From Candidatus Nitrospira inopinata (GTDB lineage Bacteria; Nitrospirota; Nitrospiria; Nitrospirales; Nitrospiraceae), in assembly GCF_001458695.1 (NCBI RefSeq), contig NZ_LN885086.1, positions 1,200,001 to 1,232,000 of the forward strand: 32,000 nt of DNA, in the 5' to 3' direction. Made by a program: the position numbers and the translations under genes. The notes beneath the pieces were generated by a model. It made no database searches, was not told the DNA's origin, and saw nothing but the letters and a program-made list of their open reading frames with translations. Each line of letters begins with the position of its first letter. The first letter of the stretch is position 1. Below, piece by piece: positions 25,848-32,000 of this stretch.

Positions 25848-28352
25848 ATGACTCCCCAACAACTGAAAACGGTCGAGGTCGTGACGACTCCCATTCCGCC
25901 CGCCATTGCCGAAGAAATTGAAACGTTCGAGGCCGAGGCCCTTCGGTGTCTGGCCGGCGACCTTTCTTCGGATCTTTTTAAGCCGTTCCGCCTCCAGTTC
26001 GGCATTTATGGGCAGCGGCAATCCGGGGTCCAGATGGTGCGGGTCAAAATCCCCTTTGGAGGCATTTCGGCCAATCAGCTTCGCCGCCTCGCCGAGTTGG
26101 TCGATCGGTATGCCACCGGCGTCGGTCACGTGACGACGCGGCAGGATATCCAGATGCATTTCGTCGAGCTCAAAGACGTGCCGACGATCATGCGCGGGCT
26201 GGCGGAAGTCGGCCTGACGACCAGAGAGGCCTGTTCCAATACGGTCCGGAACGTGACCGCCTGCCACTTGGCCGGCGTCTGTCGGAGCGAGGTGTTTGAC
26301 GTGACGCCGTATGCCAAAACAGTGGCGTATCATCTCCTTCGCAATCCGCTCAACCAGAGCTTGCCCCGCAAGTTCAAGATCGCCTTTTCCGGATGCGCGC
26401 ACGATTGCGCCGTGACTCCCATTCACGACATCGGGCTCATGGCCGTCAAACGGGAGGACGGGGCCGTCGGTTTTCGGATGGTGGCCGGCGGAGGGTTGGG
26501 GCCGCTGCCTCGGATGGCCAAGGTGCTGCGAGAGTTTACGCCGATGGACGAACTGATCCCCAGCATCGAAGCGGTGATCAAAGTCTTCGATGCCTTGGGG
26601 AATCGAAAAAACCGCCACAAGGCCCGCATGAAGTTCGTCATCGACAAGTTGGGGTTTGAAGAATTCAAGCGACGGTGGGAAGCGGCGTATGCGGCCTTGG
26701 GGTACAACCTGCCTGCGGATCGGCCGATCCGACTGCTCCATCATGACGATCGACCGGTTCCACTGATCATGCCGACCAGGAGCGGATCGGCTTCCAATGG
26801 CACGCCCGCCAACGGACATCGCGAGGACGATCATGAAACGTCCTTTCAGACGTGGAAGCGGACCAACGTGATTCCGCAGAAGCAGGAAGGCTACGTCACG
26901 GTCGTGATCAAACTCTTCATGGGAGACATCACGGCGGACCAAATGCGGTGGGTGGCGGATCTTGCCGAGCGGTATTCCAACGGCAATCTCCGAACGACGA
27001 TTCATCAAAACCTCGTGATCCGATGGATTCCTGAAGACCGGATCGAAGCCTTGTATCAGGACCTGGCGCTTCAGGGGCTGGCCGATCCGGGAGCCGAGCA
27101 CGTTGAAGACATCATCGCCTGCCCCGGCACCGATACATGCGGCCTGGGCATCACCTCGTCCAAAGGGATGGCTCGGGGGCTGGCCGAGATTTTCCCGGCC
27201 GGACGAGTGCCGGACGATCTGGCCGGAGTCACCGTCAAGATCAGCGGTTGCCATAATTCCTGCGCCCAGCACCACATCGCGACGATCGGACTGCACGGCG
27301 TCGGCAAACGGATCGGAGACCATACGCTGCCCATGTATGAACTGCATCTCGGGGGCAAGGTGAACGGCACAGCCAAGATCGGGCAGATGACCGTCAAACT
27401 GCCCGCCAAGGCGGTTCCGGCGGCCGTTACGCATTTGATCGACGTGTATCGGAGGGACCGCAAACCGGGCGAAACGATGCCGGCGTTCATCGACCGCGTC
27501 GGGAAAAACGACCTGAAGGACGAACTCATTCCCTATACCATCGTTCCCTCTTACGAGGAGGACTCTACGTTTTATTACGACTGGGAAGGGGATGACCCCT
27601 TTGTGCTCGAAGACCATGGCCCCGGCGAGTGCGCCGGAGGCGCCCTCGAAATGATCGAAAACGGAATTTTGGAAGCCGATCAAGAGCTCTATTTGGCAAG
27701 GCTCCACGTCGAAAAGCACCAGTACGCGGTGGCGGTGAACAAAGCGTATCGAGCCGTGTTGGCCGCCGCGAAAGCTCTGTTGGTGACGGAAGGGCTCGAT
27801 CCCTCGACCGACTCCGAAACGCTCGGTGAATTCGACGCCCGCATCGCCCAGAAGGGCGTCGTCCCCGCGCAGTATCGAGACCTTGGCGGGCAGGTCGGCG
27901 ATCTGGGAAGCAAAGAGAGCGGCGAACCATTCGCCAGGGAAAAAATCGCGTTTGCGAAGGGCTTTGTGGATGCCTGCCGGGCCGCGACGGAGCGCATGGG
28001 CAAAGATCTCAAGTTGGCGCCGACCGCCGAGACCGCGACGGCGACTTCAACGGCCGAGCCGCAACGGAAACCGGAACCCAAGTCGGAACTTGTCTCTCCC
28101 CCTTCGGCTCCGGCCGACGTTCCCGTGTACGACCTGCGGGGCGTGGCTTGTCCGATGAACTACGTCAAAACCAAGCTGAAGCTCGAAATGATGGAGGCGG
28201 GCGAGCGGCTCGAAGTTTGGTTGGATGCCGGTGAGCCGATCAAGAACGTGCCGATGAGCCTCAAGAATGATGGGCATAAGGTGCTGTGGGAAGAGGCGCT
28301 GGAGCCGGAAGCGACGCACTATCGGCTGTTGGTCGAGAAGGTCGGGGACTAG
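25848..28352 (+). CDS. sir: siroheme/[4Fe-4S] sulfite (nitrite/sulfite family) reductase fused to a helical domain and a C-terminal TusA/SirA-like domain
   Basis: Start at ATG 25848 (AGGAG SD 10 nt upstream). Two nitrite/sulfite-reductase repeats, each with Cx5C...Cx3C: TACHLAGVC...SGCAHDC at 26262-26408 and ACPGTDTC...SGCHNSC at 27120-27263. An Ala/Leu/Glu-rich, probably helical region of about 130 aa follows (about 27620-28020), then a Pro/Thr/Ala linker. The C-terminus VYDLRGVACPMNYVKTKLKLEMMEAGERLEVWLDAGEPIKNVPMSLKNDGHKVL is a TusA-like fold with its Cys codon at 28149-28151. Sulfite rather than nitrite as substrate is inferred from the cysH/cysDN context. Confidence 0.85.
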   Translation: MTPQQLKTVEVVTTPIPPAIAEEIETFEAEALRCLAGDLSSDLFKPFRLQFGIYGQRQSGVQMVRVKIPFGGISANQLRRLAELVDRYATGVGHVTTRQDIQMHFVELKDVPTIMRGLAEVGLTTREACSNTVRNVTACHLAGVCRSEVFDVTPYAKTVAYHLLRNPLNQSLPRKFKIAFSGCAHDCAVTPIHDIGLMAVKREDGAVGFRMVAGGGLGPLPRMAKVLREFTPMDELIPSIEAVIKVFDALGNRKNRHKARMKFVIDKLGFEEFKRRWEAAYAALGYNLPADRPIRLLHHDDRPVPLIMPTRSGSASNGTPANGHREDDHETSFQTWKRTNVIPQKQEGYVTVVIKLFMGDITADQMRWVADLAERYSNGNLRTTIHQNLVIRWIPEDRIEALYQDLALQGLADPGAEHVEDIIACPGTDTCGLGITSSKGMARGLAEIFPAGRVPDDLAGVTVKISGCHNSCAQHHIATIGLHGVGKRIGDHTLPMYELHLGGKVNGTAKIGQMTVKLPAKAVPAAVTHLIDVYRRDRKPGETMPAFIDRVGKNDLKDELIPYTIVPSYEEDSTFYYDWEGDDPFVLEDHGPGECAGGALEMIENGILEADQELYLARLHVEKHQYAVAVNKAYRAVLAAAKALLVTEGLDPSTDSETLGEFDARIAQKGVVPAQYRDLGGQVGDLGSKESGEPFAREKIAFAKGFVDACRAATERMGKDLKLAPTAETATATSTAEPQRKPEPKSELVSPPSAPADVPVYDLRGVACPMNYVKTKLKLEMMEAGERLEVWLDAGEPIKNVPMSLKNDGHKVLWEEALEPEATHYRLLVEKVGD

Positions 28353-28374
28353 AGAGGGAAGACGAGTCTTGATT

Positions 28375-29091
28375 ATGACGGACAGCCAAAATTCGGACAT
28401 CGCCGGCCGCCTTCGTTCGTGGGGCGAGTCGTTTGAAGCAAAACCGCCGCAAGAGGTGCTGGCGGCCGCCATCGAGCGGTATGCGCCAAACATCGTCCTC
28501 GCCTGTAGTTTCGGCGCGGAAGACGTGGTGTTGGTGGACATGATCCATCGGATCAATGCCTCCGTGCCGCTGTTCTATTTGGATACGGAGTTTCTCTTTC
28601 CGGAAACGTATGCGACGAGAGATCGCGTCATCGAGCGATACGGACTGGCGCCGGCACAGGTGATCCAGGTCAAATCCTTGCTGACGCCGGAACAACAAGC
28701 GCGGCAATACGGCGAGGCGCTGTGGTCCAAAGATCCGGACCTCTGCTGCCGATTGCGGAAAGTCGAGCCGCTCGCCGGAATGCTCAAAAAATTCGATGCG
28801 TGGATTACCGGTATTCGCCGTGAGCAGGCTCTCTCCAGAGCCGACGCCGGTCTCATCGAGTGGGATGCCAAGTTCGGCCTGGTCAAAGTCAATCCGCTGG
28901 CGCGGTGGACCTGGGCCGACGTGTGGACCTACATCAAGGTCTATGAAGTGCCGTACAACCCCCTCCATGACAGGAACTACCCGAGTATCGGTTGCACCCA
29001 TTGCACCAAGCCGGTGAGTCCGGGAGAGGACTTGCGCGCCGGTCGCTGGCAAGGCCACGCGAAAACCGAGTGCGGCTTGCATCGGTCGTGA
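28375..29091 (+). CDS. cysH: adenylylsulfate (APS) reductase, thioredoxin-dependent, Fe-S type CysH
   Basis: ACSFGAEDVVLVDM, TGIRREQ, and a C-terminal ECGLH. It also has the CC (DLCCRLRK) and CxxC (GCTHCTK) pairs that mark [4Fe-4S] APS reductases rather than PAPS reductases. Start at ATG 28375, with an in-frame TTG at 28369 also possible. Confidence 0.9.
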   Translation: MTDSQNSDIAGRLRSWGESFEAKPPQEVLAAAIERYAPNIVLACSFGAEDVVLVDMIHRINASVPLFYLDTEFLFPETYATRDRVIERYGLAPAQVIQVKSLLTPEQQARQYGEALWSKDPDLCCRLRKVEPLAGMLKKFDAWITGIRREQALSRADAGLIEWDAKFGLVKVNPLARWTWADVWTYIKVYEVPYNPLHDRNYPSIGCTHCTKPVSPGEDLRAGRWQGHAKTECGLHRS

Positions 29092-29092
29092 C

Positions 29093-30133
29093 ATGACGTT
29101 TCAGGACATCCTCGCCAAAATCGCCAAGGGTCCCAAGACGTCCAAGGATTTGACGTGGGATGAAACCAAGCGGGCGATGAGAGCCCTCATCGAAGGCGAA
29201 GCGACTCCGGCCCAAACGGGAGCCTTCTTGATCGCCATGCGATTTAAGTCGGAATCGGTCGCGGAATTGGCGGGCATGACGGCCGCCGTGAGACATTATG
29301 TGCCTCCTCTCGCGGTTCCGAAAGAAATCGCCCTCGTCGATGTGCCGACCTATGCGGGCAAACAGGACACCTTCCATGCGCTGGTGGCCGCCTCCATTGT
29401 CGCCGCTTCCGCCGGGGCTACGGTGCTGATGCACGGCTACGACGGGATTCCCGGAAGGCCTGGCAGCGCCGGGGTGCTGAAGGCGATGGGTATCCCGATC
29501 GATTCCACCCCGCGCGCCGTGACCGAGGATCTGCTCAAGAAGGGGTTCGCATATCTGGATATCGGCATCTATCATCCGGCGGTCTATCGATTTCTGGAGA
29601 TGCGACAGGAGCTGGGCGTGAGGAACGTCTTTCATCCGATCGCCAGATTGCTCAACCCGGCTCGCGCTTCCGCGCAGGTGGTCGGACTGTCGCATCCCCC
29701 GCATTTCGAGAAAACGGCCGAAGCGTTGCGCATGCTCGGTTGCCCGAGGGGGTTCGTCATTCGCGGGGTCGAGGGCGATCCGGAACTCTCCCTGTCGGCG
29801 GTGACCAGGGTGTTGGAACTGAGGGATGAGCGTATCACGCCTTTGGGAGTGGCTCCCAAGGATTTCGGGCTGGCGCTCGGTTCTTCGCGGGAGATGGCGG
29901 GCTTTCCGCCGGATCAACGGGACAGGGAAGCGGAGCTGCTCCACCGTATTCTTCAGCATCAGGTGCAGGGGGGACCCAAGGAATGGGTTCTGATGAACGC
30001 GGCGATGTTGCTGTACGCGGCGGGAAAGGGGCAATCGCTCTCGGCCTGCTACCCCCGGGCCAAGGCGGCGCTTGAAGGGGGAGCGGCGGCTCGGAAATTA
30101 GAAGAGTTGACCCGGGAAACGGTGGGGGCTTAG
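29093..30133 (+). CDS. anthranilate phosphoribosyltransferase (TrpD)/glycosyltransferase family 3-like protein with degenerate active-site motifs
   Basis: 346 aa, collinear with TrpD over the full length ([36 protein letters not shown]..., [44 protein letters not shown]). The PRPP-binding GTGGD is replaced by PTYAGKQD (about 29347-29370), and KHGNR...SKSGSADVLEALG is replaced by [21 protein letters not shown]. The ATG begins 1 nt after the cysH stop. Confidence 0.8.
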   Translation: MTFQDILAKIAKGPKTSKDLTWDETKRAMRALIEGEATPAQTGAFLIAMRFKSESVAELAGMTAAVRHYVPPLAVPKEIALVDVPTYAGKQDTFHALVAASIVAASAGATVLMHGYDGIPGRPGSAGVLKAMGIPIDSTPRAVTEDLLKKGFAYLDIGIYHPAVYRFLEMRQELGVRNVFHPIARLLNPARASAQVVGLSHPPHFEKTAEALRMLGCPRGFVIRGVEGDPELSLSAVTRVLELRDERITPLGVAPKDFGLALGSSREMAGFPPDQRDREAELLHRILQHQVQGGPKEWVLMNAAMLLYAAGKGQSLSACYPRAKAALEGGAAARKLEELTRETVGA

Positions 30134-30155
30134 GCGGAGGGAACGGGCGGGTAAG

Positions 30156-30986
30156 TTGAGTTCGGATGAGACGAAAGGACGTAAAACGGTGAAACATCTG
30201 CATTGGTTGGAAGACCAAAGCGTGTACATCCTTCGGGAGGCCTACAAGCACTTTGACAACCTGGCCATGCTGTGGTCGATCGGGAAGGATTCGACCGTTC
30301 TATTGTGGTTGGTCCGCAAGGCGTTTTTCGGCCATGTTCCGTTCCCGCTGATCCACATCGACACCAGCTACAAGATTCCCGCCATGATCGAGTACCGAGA
30401 CCGATTGGCCCGCGAGTGGCGGTTGAATTTGGTCGTGGGCCAGAACAAGGAGGCGCTGGCGGCCGGGATGAATCACACGATGGGACGCGACGTCTGTTGC
30501 ACGGCGCTCAAGACGATGGCGTTAAAAAATCTGATCGAGTCGAAAGGGTACACCGGCATCATTTTGGGCGTGCGCGCCGATGAAGACAGCACCAGGGCCA
30601 AAGAGCGATACTTCTCGCCCCGCGACAAACACGGAGACTGGGATTTCCGCGATCAGCCGCCGGAACTGTGGAACCAGTTCAAAACGACGTTCCCGCCGGG
30701 GACCCATATCCGAATCCACCCTCTGCTTGATTGGACGGAAGTCAACATCTGGGAATACATCAAGGCCGAGAATATCCCCTTTATCGATCTGTACTTGGAC
30801 AAGGGGGACGGCACACGCTACCGGAGTCTGGGGTGCGCTCCCTGCACGACGCCCGTAAAGTCCACCGCCAAGACGGTGGATGAGATCATCGAAGAGCTGC
30901 GGGCGACGAATATCGCGGAACGGGCCGGACGAGCCCAGGACGCGGGACGCGGCATGGAGATGCTCCGGAAGAAAGGGTACATGTAA
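30156..30986 (+). CDS. cysD: sulfate adenylyltransferase subunit 2
   Basis: [34 protein letters not shown] (PP-loop), [27 protein letters not shown]. Start is either TTG 30156 or GTG 30189 (VKHLHWLE), unresolved. Confidence 0.92.
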   Translation: MSSDETKGRKTVKHLHWLEDQSVYILREAYKHFDNLAMLWSIGKDSTVLLWLVRKAFFGHVPFPLIHIDTSYKIPAMIEYRDRLAREWRLNLVVGQNKEALAAGMNHTMGRDVCCTALKTMALKNLIESKGYTGIILGVRADEDSTRAKERYFSPRDKHGDWDFRDQPPELWNQFKTTFPPGTHIRIHPLLDWTEVNIWEYIKAENIPFIDLYLDKGDGTRYRSLGCAPCTTPVKSTAKTVDEIIEELRATNIAERAGRAQDAGRGMEMLRKKGYM

Positions 30987-32000
30987 TGGACGAGGCGACG
31001 GCAGCGGCGGCGCGAGCCGCTTCGAAACCGGACGAACATTTCAACATCGTCATTGTCGGTCACGTGGACCACGGAAAGTCCACGCTCGTGGGACGGCTCT
31101 ATGCGGATACCGGGTCGTTGCCGGAGGGCAAATTGGAGAAGGTGCAGGCGATCTGCCGCCAGCAGGGGAAAGAATTCGAGTACGCGTTCCTGTTCGATGC
31201 GTTCTTGGAGGAGCAGGAGCAGGGCATCACGATCGATACGGCGCGGACGTTTTTTATTTGGAAGGGACGGCAGTACATCATCATCGACGCGCCGGGCCAC
31301 AAGGAATTCCTTAAAAACATGATCTCCGGCGCGGCCAGGGCCGAGGCGGCGCTCCTCGTGATCGACGCCCTCGAGGGGGTCAAAGAGCAGTCCAAAAAAC
31401 ACGGGTATTTGCTGTCTCTGCTCGGGGTTCGCCAGTTCGCGGTCGTCGTCAACAAGATGGACCTGGTCGGCTATCGGCAGGACGTCTTCGACGGCATTGA
31501 GAAAGAGTATCGGGAGTTTCTCGGGCAGTTCGGCGCGATCCCCGAACGGATTATTCCCGTGAGCGCCAAGCTCGGCGACAACATTGCCGACCGCAGCCGG
31601 GCCATGCCGTGGTACGGGGGACCGACCGTCCTGGACACCCTCAGCCTCTTTAAAAAAGAAACGGCCTCGGCCGATCAGCCTCTGCGATTTCCCGTTCAGG
31701 ACGTGTACAAGTTTGATGCGCGTCGCATCATCGCGGGCCGCATCACGGCCGGCCGTCTGAAAGTCGGCGACCAACTGATCTTCTCTCCTTCGAACAAGCG
31801 GGCCAACGTCAAATCGATCGAAGCGTTCAACGTCGAGCCCCTTCCGATGAGCGCCGAGGCGGGCCAATCCATCGGCGTGACCCTCGATGAGCAGATCTTC
31901 GTGGAGCGGGGGGAAATCGCCGCCCATCCAAGCGGCCTGCCCCACGTCTCAACGTCGTTCAAGGCCAACCTGTTTTGGCTGGGCAAGCGACCGCTGGAGC
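30986..32000 (+). CDS. cysN: sulfate adenylyltransferase subunit 1 (GTPase), 5' part only, runs off the right window edge
   Basis: Absent from the ORF track because it is open-ended. ATG 30986 overlaps the cysD stop (TAATG). Hand translation gives [38 protein letters not shown]...ITIDTAR...[11 protein letters not shown]...VVVNKMDLV..., that is G1/G3/G4 motifs of the EF-Tu-like CysN family. Whether a CysC kinase domain is fused at the C-terminus cannot be seen. Confidence 0.9.
   Translation, partial: MDEATAAAARAASKPDEHFNIVIVGHVDHGKSTLVGRLYADTGSLPEGKLEKVQAICRQQGKEFEYAFLFDAFLEEQEQGITIDTARTFFIWKGRQYIIIDAPGHKEFLKNMISGAARAEAALLVIDALEGVKEQSKKHGYLLSLLGVRQFAVVVNKMDLVGYRQDVFDGIEKEYREFLGQFGAIPERIIPVSAKLGDNIADRSRAMPWYGGPTVLDTLSLFKKETASADQPLRFPVQDVYKFDARRIIAGRITAGRLKVGDQLIFSPSNKRANVKSIEAFNVEPLPMSAEAGQSIGVTLDEQIFVERGEIAAHPSGLPHVSTSFKANLFWLGKRPLE

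Noticed and set aside
27620-28020. The helical insert of the sulfite reductase contains R-x5-H (ARLHVEKH), considered as a HEPN-like nuclease motif
   Set aside because: A short Rx4-6H match is expected by chance. It lies at the N-terminal end of the putative helical region rather than where HEPN domains carry it. A nuclease makes no sense in this context. I left the region as an uncharacterised helical domain.

Overview
This is a GC-rich, densely coding, mostly housekeeping bacterial chromosome segment. I saw no transposase, integrase, CRISPR array, rRNA or recognisable defence system.

Gene content, left to right:
- An eight-gene minus-strand amino-acid block: argD-argF-argG-argH, a small lipoprotein, then lysA-dapA-dapB. 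The dapB gene is cut by the left edge.
- A zinc-ribbon/DUF2628 membrane protein, gpmA, an orphan hypothetical and ttcA.
- A two-gene module: a signal-peptide, C-terminally anchored protein followed by a stand-alone AmoC/PmoC-family subunit with its own strong terminator.
- tRNA-fMet placed divergently from fmt-rsmB-rpe, followed by an archaeal/eukaryal-type pheS-pheT.
- Convergent rmuC, then the minus-strand tRNA-Val-thrS-infC-rpmI-rplT cluster.
- A Fis-HTH protein with a degenerate receiver domain.
- A plus-strand sulfur-assimilation operon: a Cys-less Rrf2 regulator, a sulfite reductase fused to a TusA-like domain, an APS-type cysH, a TrpD-like protein, cysD and cysN. The cysN gene runs off the right edge.

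The orphan amoC suggests an ammonia-oxidising, possibly Nitrospira-like (comammox) organism. That is inference only and needs a database search.

The best candidates for undescribed biology:
1. The TrpD-family paralog with a destroyed GTGGD motif, translationally coupled inside the cys operon.
2. The sulfite reductase with a helical domain and a TusA fusion, in which both pseudo-repeats keep full Cx5C...Cx3C motifs.
3. The PmoD/AmoD-like protein (Cx7LxH, predicted N-terminal His) paired with a compositionally foreign orphan amoC.

Everything here comes from reading the sequence and the translations. No searches were run.
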